This document shows, one piece after another, positions 24,728-38,502 of a DNA stretch of 64,000 bases. This DNA comes from Lama glama. Lineage: Eukaryota. Position numbers and translations under genes: made by a program. The stretch's first letter is position 1. Each line of letters opens with the position of its first letter. The notes beneath the pieces are model-generated. The model did no database searches. It saw nothing but the letters and a program-made list of their open reading frames with translations, and was not told where the DNA came from. The stretch is from positions 29,762,001-29,826,000 of the forward strand of contig CM052818.1 of NCBI GenBank assembly GCA_028534125.1. The letters are read 5' to 3'.

Positions 24728-27700
24728 TTTGATATTAAGTATTAAAACTCCCTTCCATACCAGTATAAAGGAATATTTATCAAGATCAAAACATAAAAGA
24801 AATTTTATTAAACAGTTTCTTAGCTTGATTTATAACTTTTAAATAATTTAGACACATGGTACGTGGGCCTCCATTTGTACTCTGGCTTGAAGCCCCACCA
24901 GGTTAAAGGTAGGCCTACTTTCATGTGTTTAATTTTAAAGCTTAGTAAATTAAATTCTTTTAAAAAGTCTCTCTCTCTTTTCCTCTCATATGTGTATGTG
25001 TATATTTATGTAAGAAAAAGCCTAAAAGAATATGCAGAAAAATGTTAACGTGGTTATCTCCTACATGGGTGGGATCTGGGGTGATTTACTGTTTTTCTTC
25101 TAGCTTATTTGTATTTGTTAATTTTTTGACAATGAACATGGAATGGAACACTTACGTAATTTATTAAAGGGGGAAGGTGAACATTAATCAGGACATACCT
25201 ATGCCCCTCAAAATAAATAAGCTTGTATCCTACTGGGTATGGTCAGGGGAGGCAACTGAGCATGTGAAGCACACTCTAGTTCTGCTACTGATACATATTT
25301 TCTGTGAAAAAGAACTGTTGAGGGCACGAGAAGGTTTTCTGGGCAGACGGCTGTAAAAATACCAAGACAGCTTTTATCAGCCCTGGCACCAGACATCTTA
25401 CAGGTCAAACTGATTTCAGTAAGTAGAGTGATGAAGGGCACATAGAAGACCGGAAAAATTTCTGCAGCATTGTTTCTCAAGCCCCAGGGTCATGACCCCT
25501 ACAAGGATTACAGAAACCGGAGCCAAGTTGCTGCATGCCCCCATCCAGGGACTCCACTAGTCCCTGGGACTCGAAAGACCATCCACAATGCCCCTTTCTC
25601 TTGATCATAACAAGAACTAATTGTGCTCAGTTGCTCACAAAATACTTTGCACACATCATCTGATGTGACTCCTACAGCAATTCTGTCTGGCCTATAGGAT
25701 GGCTATTTGCTAAGGAAACTGAAGCCCAAAGAGATTCAGGTGCTCAGGTGTGGTCACAGCTAGGAAGTGATGCAGCTGGGACTTAATTCCAGGTCTTCTA
25801 ACCCTGAGTTAATCCTAGGCAGTCAATTCCCCATTTGTTCTGCCTACTCTTGCCCAACACCAACCCAAGAAATCCTCACAATAGGAACTTGGTTTTGTTT
25901 CTCCTTCACTTCATAAAAATCCATCACATTCTTTCCTTCTGCTATCCACACTTGCAGCCCAGAAATGTGGGAAAGTTGCAGCAGAATAAAAATGCTGAGA
26001 ATCACGACACTTGGGCATCGAGGTCCAGCAGTACTAGATGTCATTAAGCTCCCAACTGAGGAGCAGAAGTGGTTTTATCAATGCTTATTATCAAAGGGTT
26101 TCTAAGACACTCTTACTCATATTTCTGTTAAACTTTTTTTATTTTCAAAGCACTTCTATGTGCATCTTCCCGATCTTGTTATATAGCATCTTCGTCGTAT
26201 GGATCACTGACGGGCCACAGAAAGGTTAAGGACTTCCTCAAGTCATGGAGCCTTCAAGAAGCACTTCTCTGTCTGTGAGCAGCAGTGTGTATTAATGTCT
26301 GTTTGCCTACTGAGACTGATGTTTATTTGAGCCCTCAGTCTGGAAAAAGTTAGCAATGCAAAGGGTTAGCTCCTTAACAACATTAATATGATTTACCTCC
26401 CCGCCCCCCTTCCTGGCAATAATACCACAAAAAAGATTCCAAAATGGCTGACACTTACTGTTCAGAAGACCACTTTCCTACTATCCACCTCTGCCTCACA
26501 GTCCTTGGCAGGAGTCCCTTTTCGTAGATCACAATGTTGGCACAGGGCCAAGAGATGGTGTGGTTGACTCATAGGTCACTGTGGTTTATAAGAAGTCAGC
26601 ATAATAAAAAGGGAGGTAGATCTGACATCACTGGCAAGGGAAGAATTTGAGTGTTGTACCAAGTGAGCTAATTACAGCCAGCTCTGACAGCACGGGAGGA
26701 GAGAAGGCCTTGCTGAACAAGGCCAAGCCCAGGGAAGGAGAGGTCCACAGAGAAGCCCAACTACTCTACTAAGAGTTTGCAAATCTCCTCAGAATTGACA
26801 TTAACTTGTTATTTATCCCCAAGTCAAAGGGAAAAAACAAAATCTGCTCAAGTGAACTCCTTATTAACCACATTCTTAACCAGGGTGAAGAAGTAGGTGC
26901 TTTATAATAAAGTCATGAGAACACATACACAAACGCACACACAACTGGTTTCTAAATTGGCTTCGTTGAGAGCTGTATATCCTTAGGAAAAAGTACCTCT
27001 TTGTCCACCAAGCAACTGCAATTTAAAAAAATAAGAAAAGAAAAAAGTGTCAAGATAAGCTCAGCTTTTATAGTCCATGTGGTGAAAACCTAATGCAGCT
27101 ACAATTATTATTAGACCTTGGTCTGTGAAAGACTCTGTAAGAGTTAAAAGCAAGCCAGCGCTACCTTCAGCCCATAAGGGATTACTCTTTTATTAGCATA
27201 GTCTTGGGATTAGTGGAAATGTCTATCTAATGAATGCAGCTACTATATTTGAGCACATGCCTGAATAAGCTTGTTGATTGAAACCTATCTATTTATAAGC
27301 ACTTCTGCACGTTGTGAAAAATTCATCTGTATCACCACAGCATGGCGCCCACCATTTGAATAAAGGCTCTTTGCCATTTCACTATAGAGCCTGTTGAATG
27401 AACAGGGAGAAAGGAAGTGTGCTGCATCCACCTAACAGGTTTTATTCCTCACTCTTGGCCAGTAAAGTAGTTACCTTATCTAAACAGTGATTTAGGTTAA
27501 TGTGGATGTTATACAAACAGAAATGGGGGAAAAAGAATACTTTTCATCAGACTCACCCAGGGTTTTAACCTAGCAGACTTACCATAATTTGGAGAAATGG
27601 TCACAAATAGCCCAAACTGGCCAGACCTCTGCTTACGTCACAGTCTGGAAAGTAGGTGGATTTACAACACATACTCGGTATCACTTCTTTACGTTTCTGC

Positions 27701-29280
27701 TTATGAAAGCACACTAGGAGATGTCCAGCAGAAATAAGCACAGCATGAAGAGAAAAAATAGCCTTGATACATAATTAAATACATCAATGCTTTCAATGTT
27801 AGGGGTCCTCATTACTGTACGGAGGCTCCATTGGAGGTAAGGCCAAGCTCTCCACCCCTACGTGCGAACCTCAAAGTCCATTCCGGGATTCTGCAGTTCT
27901 GAACCTCACCACTCTACTCACCACTCCTCAACACACACCCCATGGCTCTGTTTCCCAGACTCAGTGCCAACTCTCTAAGCTTCCTGAACTTTGGGTTTGG
28001 GTGTAAAGAAGAGATTTCTTATTCCACTGGGGTTTATTTTAACTCCTCTGCAGTTAAGGTCCCTGTTTACTATACTGCTTCTTTGGAAAAAGGCAAAGAC
28101 TTCATAAAAATTTTAAGACAAAATTATCCTAAATCATCTTAACAGATCACAGACAATTGTTAACTGAGACCTCACAGAACTTCTCTCCTTGAAAAACTTT
28201 ATAAACAATGACAGGCAAACTTCCCAGGCGTCCCACTGTTAGGAAGAGAAGATCGAAATCAGCTCACCATTGGAAGCTTTTTCTAGTCCCCACATAGCAA
28301 GGAGAAGCAATGCAGGCTTTAGCAGTCTTTGAATTCTCACTGTTTCTCTTTCTGGAGCTTGGGAACGTTAGCTTCCTGGTGACACCACAACCCTACCTGG
28401 TGCTTGGTGAGAGCCCAGCAGCTTGCAGCAATTAGTAGTAGTATTCACGCTCTGGGAATTCAATAAAGATTAGAGGATACCATCTTTTATATTTTTCTAG
28501 TTGACAAAGCAAAAAAGTAATTCTGAAAACAAATGTATTAATACTAAAAAACCATAGTTGAAATTTATAAAAGATAAGGCATTTGGAAATAGCAAATATT
28601 TAAATCATAATATAGCAATACGAAGCACCAAAGACTCTACGGGAAATGAAACGTAGCTGTTTAACAGATACTGTGTTACTGCCTCTGCAGCTGGGTAAAA
28701 GTGCTTTGAGAGATACTAAGAATTTGATGGGAGGTACTATTATCACAACACTCATTCTACAGATGAAAGAATCAAGCACCAGAGTGTTAAGTACTAAGTG
28801 TTAGGAGGTGGTAGAGACGAGGTTTTGACAAAACCCAAGCTTTTCCTACTTTACTGTAGTACCTCCCCACACACTTCCTTCAGTTATGTTAAACATTCAC
28901 CAAAGTAAGATTACACAATGTAACTAATAGGTCTAGACATTAAAAAGACTGCCTCTAATAGCTCTTTTGTGAGATCATTTCAAGAAAACAGAGGTGTAGG
29001 GCAGCTTCCTGGAGACTTTGGTCCAGTATAGCATTAGAGAACAGGACTGGAAGGGAATAATCCTTTTGTGACTTGGTTTGTGACAACTCACACTCACCAG
29101 TGCCCTTCTACCTTGAGCCCAAAGGAAAACAAACTGAGAATTTGAAATTTCTAAAACTTGGAAATTTTTCTTCAATCTTCTACTCGATTCCTGAAATCTT
29201 TTCTCTTTTCAGTATTTGTTTGTTATCTACTGGGGTTCACAACTAGGTACTGATAAAAGAGTTAATCTTAAAACTTTGTT

Positions 29281-29340
29281 CCCTCCCTCCCTCCCTCCAT
29301 CCATCCATCCATCCCATCCATCCACCTACCTACCCACCTA
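29281..29340. repeat. Compound (CCCT)/(CCAT)/(CCTA) simple repeat
   Basis: Direct reading. Confidence 0.85.
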
Positions 29341-30374
29341 TTCCCCAATGGCTTCCATAAAAGATATCAGTGGACATTTAATGTTAACTCATGCTATGAT
29401 ATCATTTTATTGGTCTTTCTCATAGTTACTGTCTCTGTAAGAGAAACTGCTAAGACATAAATCAACTGTTTTTTAAAGGCTAGTATGACACTAGAAAAGA
29501 GAAGCAGGTGGTTGAGGAAAAGAGGCACTGGCAGGCATTCATAACCAAAATTCACTGATGAAAAATTTTAAAAAAATTTTTAAATGTTCAGAATACTTAC
29601 ATTTGTGGATTATGTATTTTTAAATTCCCAAAGGCAGTAGAAACTCACAAAGCAGCAAGGAATAGGATTATTCACATTTTATAAATAAGAACATGGAAAA
29701 CAGCAAGGGTCAAATGACTTATACATGGGATCCAACATTCAGCAACCCAAGCCAAGACCAAATTCCTTACTATGACTTTTGTAGTAAGATTATTAAGCTC
29801 AGCTGCTGCCTTCAATATTTGTTTCCAGACATTACTAAGAAAACATTTTACTTTGGCATTTTTGTAATATGGCACCATTTATAGCTGTCTTCACTCAGAG
29901 CAACCTTATTAAACAACCATCTTTAAGGGCTGGCAGTATATACAATGTGGAGGGTCAGCCTGGTTCCTAGTGGCTAATGGCTCAGTCAAAATTTGAGTTG
30001 TATCAGTTTTTTCATGCATTTTCTTATTTAGAAGTTAGACCATACCCACGGTTCTAATTCAGCTAAGCCTGTATCTTTCTAATGCAAATACAAAATCTCA
30101 AGAAGTGTAAAGGTTTCCATCACTGAATGTGCTCTTTTATCACTTTTTGGATAATACATCAGCCAACCAAAGGATTCCACAAACTTGTAGTGTACGATTT
30201 TTTTTTCCTGTTTAGACTTTTTCCAAAGAATGATCTAATTCATTTTAGGCTGAGAGAGAATAAACCCCATGCTGAAAAGTATAACTTGTTTTGCGCTTTG
30301 TGCTAAAATATTTCAAAAATAATAAAAATAGTGACTTCAACTGTAATTAGCCTAAAGAAAGAGGGAAGGAACGT

Positions 30375-30380
30375 TTTATT
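30375..30380 (-). terminator. TTC27: Candidate distal polyadenylation signal AATAAA
   Basis: tttatt on + strand, ~170 nt after the stop; followed on the minus strand by pyrimidine-rich sequence. Confidence 0.6.
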
Positions 30381-30450
30381 TAACATATTTCAGAAAGTTC
30401 AAACATTTGGAAAAATCACAATAGCAAGAACGTTAGCCATAAAAGAGGAA

Positions 30451-30456
30451 TTTATT
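30451..30456 (-). terminator. TTC27: Candidate proximal polyadenylation signal AATAAA
   Basis: tttatt on + strand, ~95 nt after the stop; TGTA upstream and T-rich sequence downstream on the minus strand. Confidence 0.5.
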
Positions 30457-30549
30457 TAAAAAAAATCAATATGTTGTGTTTCAGATACACAGGTATAAGA
30501 GAAATTTCAGAAGGTGAAGCACCTTTTCCAGAAACCGTCCCCAGGATGG

Positions 30550-30672
30550 TCAATACTGATTGCGAAACTGGTTGCTTAGGTCTTGAAGCTCTGTTACTAA
30601 GGCATCCATAGCTGCTGTTTCATCAGCTAACTCCTGGGAAACTTTTCCACTTACCATATCTGTAAAAAGTTG
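30550..30672 (-). CDS. TTC27: TTC27 terminal exon coding part (123 bp), [40 protein letters not shown]
   Basis: Acceptor ttctttatgtcacag|CAA; TGA stop at 30552-30550; AATAAA signals follow. Confidence 0.94.
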   Translation of the reverse strand, partial: QLFTDMVSGKVSQELADETAAMDALVTELQDLSNQFRNQY

Positions 30673-31137
30673 CTGTGACATAAAGAATAAAGCAGAACTA
30701 TCAAAACAAAGAAAATCTCTTTAAAATAATATACAGAATATAGAATTAAAATTCCCTTTGCATAATAATACCACAACATTATAGTAGCAACTGGTGTTTG
30801 TTCTGTTCACCATCCTGGAAATGTATAAGCTGCAACAATCAAACATGCCTGAACTTGTAAATTCAAATGAGCTCTGTTCTTCAGAATGGTTGCCCTGAAT
30901 ACTGATTATTCGTTTCAATGTCATAAGATGGTTTTTAGATAAACAGACGTTATTCATCCAAACAAACCAAATCTATCTGTTGTATATATAAGCAAAACAA
31001 ATATCCCGATTCATATAAATCATATCCTTTATGCTAATTATTTGAAAATTAATTATGGCTTAGGACTCAGGTCACAAAGATTATTAATTTTCAGTAAAAG
31101 CAAAAAAGCTCAGCAAAATAAAATAAAAGCACCCTCC

Positions 31138-31927
31138 AAAAAGGGAACCCTCCTACACTGTTGGTGGGAATGTAATTTAGTGCAGCCATTATTGAAAACA
31201 GTACGGAGATTCCTCAAAAAAAACTAAAAATAGACTTACCATACGATCCAGCAATCCCACTCCTGGTCATATATCCAGAGGGAACTTTAATTTGAAAAGA
31301 TACATGCACCCCAAGTTCATAGCAGCATTATTTACAATAGCCAAGACATGGAAGCAAACTAAATGTCCACTGACAGATGACTGGATAAAGAAGTTGTGGA
31401 ATATTTATACAATGGAATACTATTCAGCCACAAAAAAGACTAAAATAATGCCATCTGCAGCAACATGGATGGACCTGCAGATCATCATTCTAAGCGAAGT
31501 AAGCCAGAGAGAGAAAGAAAAATACCATATGCTATCACTTATATGAGGAATCTAAAAAAAAGACAAATGAACTTATTTACAAAATAGAAATAGACTCACA
31601 GACATAGAAAACAAACTTCTGGTTACCGGTGGGTGGGAAGGGGAGGGAAGGAATAAATTTGAGATTTGCAGACACTAACTATATACTATATATAAAACTA
31701 GAAACTATATGACTAGATACTATGTACAAAACAGATAAACAACTAGTTTAAGCTATATAGGACAGGGAACTATATGCAATATCTTGTAGTAACCTATAAT
31801 GAAAAAGAACATGAAAATGAATATATATATGTATATGTATAACTGAACTACTATGCTGTACACCAGAAACTGACACAATATTGTAAACTGACTATACTTC
31901 AATAACATTTTTTTTTTAATTTAAAAA
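31138..31927 (+). mobile_element. 5'-truncated L1 in the last TTC27 intron, antisense to the gene
   Basis: ORF2 peptides [14 protein letters not shown] and [17 protein letters not shown] aaaagcaccctcc (31125-31137) / aaaagctccctcc (31928-31940). Confidence 0.93.
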
Positions 31928-32079
31928 AAAAGCTCCCTCCTTCTGTAAAAGGAATTGCTGGGGGGGCATATTGCAAAACACTTCTATAATGCCACCATGG
32001 CTGAAACATTCTGGAATGCCACTCTAAGAACTGCCTGCCAAGCCAGCATAGGCGCCCAAGAAAATCAGCTTCAGGATGG

Positions 32080-32104
32080 CGTGTGTGTGTGTGTGTGTGT
32101 GTGT
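32080..32104. repeat. (GT)n microsatellite; others at ~35291-35306, ~41971-41995, ~46091-46113 and ~55321-55342
   Basis: Direct reading. Confidence 0.95.
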
Positions 32105-32529
32105 ATTAATCAAAACTGTAATTTACTCAGCTTACCATATCTTTTTCATCAGACCTGACTAGATGATTTGTTCACAAAAATCAAATTCACCATTGAAATA
32201 TGACTATATATTACCACAGATGATACTGACAGATCTTCTAAAGAGGGAACCTGGAAGATGTTTTGGAGATGGCATCATGACTGGGCTAAGGTTAGAGTTT
32301 CTCATAGTGATTCATGGAGCAAAAAACAGTCACCTGAGTGCTGAACTTCAAAAACATCTTGTAAAGCATTGTCACGTGGCTGTGTAGCCACACGGCTGTG
32401 TAGCCACACCTTGCACAGCGTTTCACACAGATTGACATACCAACTGCTGCGATGTGATCAGTAGAGAAAACACCTTTGAGGAAAGTAACCTGGACTCACA
32501 CAGCATGTTTTATTTTTAGTAAGAATTAC

Positions 32530-32682
32530 GGGGCTGGGGGGGAGGGAGAGTACAGCTTGGTGGTAGAGTGCATATATAGCATGCATGAGGTCCTGGGTTC
32601 AACTCTCAGTACCTCCGTTAAAATAAATAATAAATAAGTAAATAAAAACCTAATTACCACCCCTGACACACAGACACAGAAG
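32530..32682 (+). mobile_element. Camelid tRNA-derived SINE (Vic-1-like)
   Basis: G-rich head, gtacagcttggtggtagagtgcatatatagcatgcatgaggtcctgggttcaactctcagtacctcc, (taaa)n, aacctaattacc; TSD agaattac at 32522-32529 and 32683-32690. Confidence 0.88.
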
Positions 32683-34346
32683 AGAATTACAGTGATTACA
32701 AATCATCATAAATCTGTATCACTTGCTATAAGGTAAGGAGGAAGCAGAGAGAAACTGAGACTTAGAAAGATGGAATAACTTGCTGAGGCTCACATAGGGT
32801 GTGAGTGGTAAATCTGTTCCATCTGCAATCCCCCATGCATTGCCCTCATGCCTCCCCTGCAGCAAATCTGTACAATGACAGGGTGCTGAGGGCCGAGCAG
32901 TCACTCTGTCCTGGCCAAGCATGGACGGCATGACTTTAGGTGAGTCTCTAGGTTCTACGTAGGCGTTTGTTTCCACGAGGTCCTGGGCCAGCCAAGAAAA
33001 AATGAGCAATTCATGCAAACCAAGCCTGCTATTTAACAGTTATCTTCATTCATTTTCACTTTTAAAGTGTTGTAAAAAAGTGTTCTTTTGGAATGCAGTT
33101 CTGTTCAGCAAACCCAATTTGTTCAGAAAGTAGAACAGGTATATGATTTACTACAAAATCAGAGATTCCGAAATATTACATGCAAAAAGGTGCTTTCAAA
33201 AGAGGTGTTGAGAAGCAATTTTCCCCATTTTTGGATAATCCAGTTGAGATATAATGAGAACAAAATGTACACACAGATGATGTTCTGAGGCCTCATTTTC
33301 AATGTTGGGGACTCTCCCACAATATGAAAGGATGGACAGTATAGGTAAGACTATTTAAGTCATATAAGTATAGGTTCACGTAAAATTAATACATTACAAG
33401 AAAAAGCTTTGTCCAGAGATAGGGAAACTTGTGAAGTACATCCTGAAGAAATAAACCATTATGGGTAGGTTAGTGATCTCACCAAAACTAGGAAACTAAG
33501 CTCCCAACGTGGGAAGGAGAATCACTGAAAAAGTTTACTACACTGACTTTCTTTGAGAGAGCTCTTGCAGCTTTCTGAGAGACGTGTAATTCTGAAGTTG
33601 TACTGCCCAGATGGGAGGAAATATAGTTCCCCTAGGTAAATTAAAGAAATCTGGTTCCAGCATGCAGATTAATAAGGACAGAAAAATGAGTTAATAATCT
33701 AAAGAGGCAAAATGATGCTCTGATCTGAAAACATCAGGCATTAACAAAAAATGCACACTCTGGGAAGGCTTTCACACATGTCTGGAAGCCACCTTTGCAT
33801 GCCACACACTTGCTCTCAGAAGTGACTTAAAATTAGTTTGCAACCCAAGTGAAGGCAAGTAAAGATTAGAAAATAAAGTATAAACTGTGCTAGAAGTTAT
33901 AGTCTTCTAAATTCTGCTTGCAGAGGTATACTCGAAACCCGGCTGCATGGTAGAGTGAGCTGGGAAATTTACCACAGATTTCTCAGGCTCCGTCCCAGAC
34001 CTGATCTGTCACAGGTAGAGACCTGGAGTCCAGTCTTCAAAAAAGCTTACTTGGTGATTGTCGGTTGTCCCAATCCTAGCACTGGTTCACAGGCTGGTAT
34101 TTGTAAACTCACAGAATATATTTTAGATGTTAAGCCAGAGTCACCCATTTTTGTCAAATCTATATACCACCTCCTTAATATTTGTCTCTAAATCAATTTT
34201 TTAATTTAAATAAAAGTCTTTTTTAAAGGAAATACTAGAACACTACTCTAAATGGAAAATAAGCAATAACGTTCATGAAATTGTAGGTTTGATGTACAAG
34301 TTCTACTTTTTCTGATATGCACTGAAATAAATATATATTAAAATCA

Positions 34347-34600
34347 TATGGTTATGGGGGAAAGGGGTTGAGGAGGGATAAATTGGGAATTTGGGATTTG
34401 TGGATACTAATTACTATATATAAAATAGATAAACAACAAGGTCCTACTGTATAGCACAAGGAACTGTATTTAATACCTTGTAATAGTCTATAGTGAAAAA
34501 GGATGTGAAGAGGAAGACATACGTATGTGTATGTAACTGAATCTGCTGTACACCAGAAATCAACACAACATTGTAAATTGACTATATTTCAATTAAAAAA
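34347..34600 (+). mobile_element. Short L1 3'UTR fragment
   Basis: gggataaattgggaatttgggatt...ctgtatagcacaaggaact...caacacaacattgtaaattgactata-A tail; TSD aaaatca at 34340-34346 and 34601-34607. Confidence 0.88.
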
Positions 34601-34847
34601 AAAATCAAACGTTTACCCAAGAGCTGCCAGTGGTATCTAAGGCACACTTTGGGAAAAGTGATAATACTGTTTTAATTTAACTTAAAGAGAGCATTAAGAG
34701 TTGGATTATAAATATTAATTTCAAAGACTCCTAAGTCACTCATGTGTAGGGTGGTTTAGCCACTGGGTCAATGATACCCTCACCAGGACAACAAATCACC
34801 TGGGGGCGGATATCTAAAATACAACATGAGCCTAAAATCACCCCTCA

Positions 34848-35105
<258 letters not shown>

Positions 35106-38100
35106 TTAGGCTTTCATGGTAACAAACTTCAGAAATATTTCTACAGGGAAAATTTTCATTTGGTATATGGGACATAATTTATGTGCAAGAAGGATCATTT
35201 ATTGCTAAAAGGAGAATTTTGAGGAAAATGGTGATTTTTGGTGAGTGACAGCTTGTTGGGAAGAGACTCTGAAGACACACATGCACGTGCACACACACAC
35301 ACACACAAAGCTAATGAAATTAGGCGAAGAGACACTAGGCCTAATTGAACACAAGAGAGCAAAAACAGATGCGGCATGTCTTAACATGGCTTCCCTCAGA
35401 CTGAGTCTCCAATGAGGACTCTCGATTGCCAATGACACCAGCCAAGGAAGTGACATGCCAGATATTTACAGCTCAATTCTTACTGCATTTTCACACTCAG
35501 GGTTTACATCACCATTTCTGGAAGAAGGGAAATCTACAACCTAGGTGCCTGCCTTTAGGGAACATGACCACCACCAGACTCTAGGGTCATGAGCCACATT
35601 TGGCATCCATTAGGAAGGAGTGGGGGAGACGTCAGTCTCTCGTTCCCAACAACTCTGCCTCCAGCATTCTGGGGAGCTCATTTTCCTAAAACTTGGAATT
35701 ATGAAGAGGTATAACCCTCCCTAGCAGAAGGCCCAGCCTGCTAATGCTTTTTAAGAACAAGTGAAGAACTTTGTAAAAACATAATGCCTCATATTTCTCC
35801 CCTGATTTGTTCTTGTTTTTGTTGTTCTAAATTACGCTCACTACAAGCAGACCAATAACCAGATCCTATTTTTAAACTACACCAAACAGCGCAAAAACTG
35901 AAGTCTACTTAGTACCCTGTATCTTAGAACAGGGATCGAAAACACACTTCTTTCTGAATGCAAACTCTAATCTGTTGGTGGAGGTTGCTTGTGCCTGGCA
36001 AAATAGTTTTGTCAGTCCTTAACATCATCCACGGCTGGTGAGAACTCTGTTTGACATTCCTATTCCAAAGTAATAATTAGACCTTGAAAGGACGCATGGT
36101 GATCAACAATGTTACACTCATTTTCAGAGGGCACAGGTAACCTGGAGATAGAGAGGATTACGATGTCTGTGTCCCTTAACAGAGGAAGGTAGTGACTAGC
36201 ACAGCTGTGGTGCTGGGGCTACTTAGTCCCTAGTAACACGTCAGAAACAGCCGTGAGTCTGCTTTCACTCCTTCATCGTCAGAGAAAAACAAAAAAACAA
36301 ACAAAAAAAATAGAGCAAACAGACAAACACACGCTCTATGAGTCCTATTCCTCAATCCCATTTCCAAAAGGCATTAGAGAGAGACAGAGAGAACCTGCTG
36401 TTTCAAATCATCAGGAAATCCAAGACAGACATGCTTCCTCCAGGCAGACTGTAGTTAAAATGCACAACTGTTATTTTAAAAGTTTCCGGATGGCAAAGAA
36501 AGAAAGAACTTTTGCCCACTCTTTCCCAGAAAATAGAAGAGCAGAGACTGTAAATGCATACCCTCCAGACAGAACGATGGGTACACAATGACAACACTGA
36601 TAGAAAAGGCTCTCCAACACTATGTGGAGACTGCAGTGTCTTACCAAGCTTTCTGAAGCACATGGTTACTCTTAAAAATAGCAACCCAATAGGGAACCAA
36701 TCATGCAAGATTTTTTTTTTTTAATGTTATATTCCCTTTTCCAGAATTGGGCGAGGCAGAGAAAAGTGATGGGGAGAAAGACAAAAAAGAGAACAGAAAT
36801 AACAGAGAAACTCAGCTCTTTCTTCGACACAGCACTGGAATACAAAAGCAACACAGAAAAGGTTAAGATTCATCTTCCTCAATCTAAAATATCACTAGAA
36901 AGGAAAGGAAAGCATCCACTCAAATATGCTTAAAATGTTGTAGCAGCACGAACACATAATTCATTAAAGTCGAAGGGAAACTTAAAAGAACGGACACTTG
37001 TTTTTCTCCAAGTATTGCCCAGATGAGGGGAAAAACAGTACCCAAAATAGTTTAAAACCAACTTTAAGATGCAAAATGAAGATCTGTCCTAGAGTACTTC
37101 TTTAGCCTGCATATTTATATTTGACAGGCTTAACTGTCACTTAGTGATCACAGAAAATACCTTGGCTTTGACTGTTACAGAGCCTGCTGTTCACAGAAAT
37201 GTTTAGGGTTGGCAAGTTGAAGTAGATCAGATAAATTCTTCAAAGTTAAATTGCACCCTGCTATGACTGTGTACATAATATACCTTAGCACGGGTTTCCC
37301 CGCACAGAGCACTATATCCACAAAGACCAAAGGCATCCAGACTGAACTCCACCTGAGCCCACCTACCACGGGGTCAGCACAATCCCAGCCATCCTAGACC
37401 ATCCCTCCCGGTCTATCAGCCATTATCTCAACCTTTTCTACACGAAATTTCAGCTCTACAGAGTTTAACCTCAGCCTTGGCTGTTGAGGGGGAGGCAGCC
37501 CAGGAAACTGGATATCTATATCCTTTTGTCAATGATATCAAAGCCCATTTCTAAATTGTCTGAATATTCTGTGACTTCTTTTGAGGGACTTCTTGTCCCT
37601 CGCTGGCTCGCTATTTGCTGTAACTATTAGTTGCAGGACTTAGAGGTGGACTTTAGGATAGGTTCACAGTCCTTGTGATTCCGTTCTTGACAGTGTGGCT
37701 TCATTACTTTCTTTGCATTGCCTTCTCAGGGCATCACACACCCACATTCAAACATAAATATAAAAATGCATTACTACCTTTCACTAGTGTACTTTTCATT
37801 AATGCTGATAATTAAAAGCTGCCTTTATCTGGAATATATTTACCCAGCAGCATACAACTTTATATGTAAGGTCATCCCTCCCCTCAAATATTGCCCACTA
37901 AATTTCCCAAAGATATGGATTAGATTGTATTTTTAAAAATTTCCCTTGTACATGCCATAGCTCTTATGTATATTGCTATGTACCCCAGAAATCTATGTAT
38001 TTTTATGGATAAATATTTTCATTTAAAAAGGAAGAACATGAGTCAAGAGAAGTTAAGATTGTCTTACTACTACATCATTAGTGCAAACAGACTCTGTGTG

Positions 38101-38390
38101 AAGTGAAGGTCAGATACAGCTGTAAAGGTATTTCATCTCTCTAAAGCTTCTAACATCTGTCACTTGTTCAAACAGCATTTAAGCCTCTATCCTATTTCTT
38201 CTTATTGCTCCAAAGTGCCTATTACATATTAGTTGGTCTATAAATATTTGCTGAATTAAATACAACAATTTCAATAGGATGAAATAATCAGAAGTTATTT
38301 GGAATAGAACTTTGCTTCTGACTAATACTTTTTCTTATCAGTAAAAATCCATTAAAATATGCTAGGGATATCAAACATCACATCAAATAC

Positions 38391-38502
38391 CATGTGCAAG
38401 TCCTAAGGCTCTCTGAACCACTTCCTTAAATGACGTGATATCTTTCTCCCAGCCACTGCACTGTGTGTCACACTTGTACGCCTTAGAGAGATACTGGAAC
38501 GC
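38391..38502 (-). CDS. TTC27: TTC27 coding exon (112 bp), [37 protein letters not shown](V)
   Basis: Acceptor ttctttttctttcctcag|GCG, donor CATG|gtattt. Phase 0 to 1. Not in the ORF track. Confidence 0.94.
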
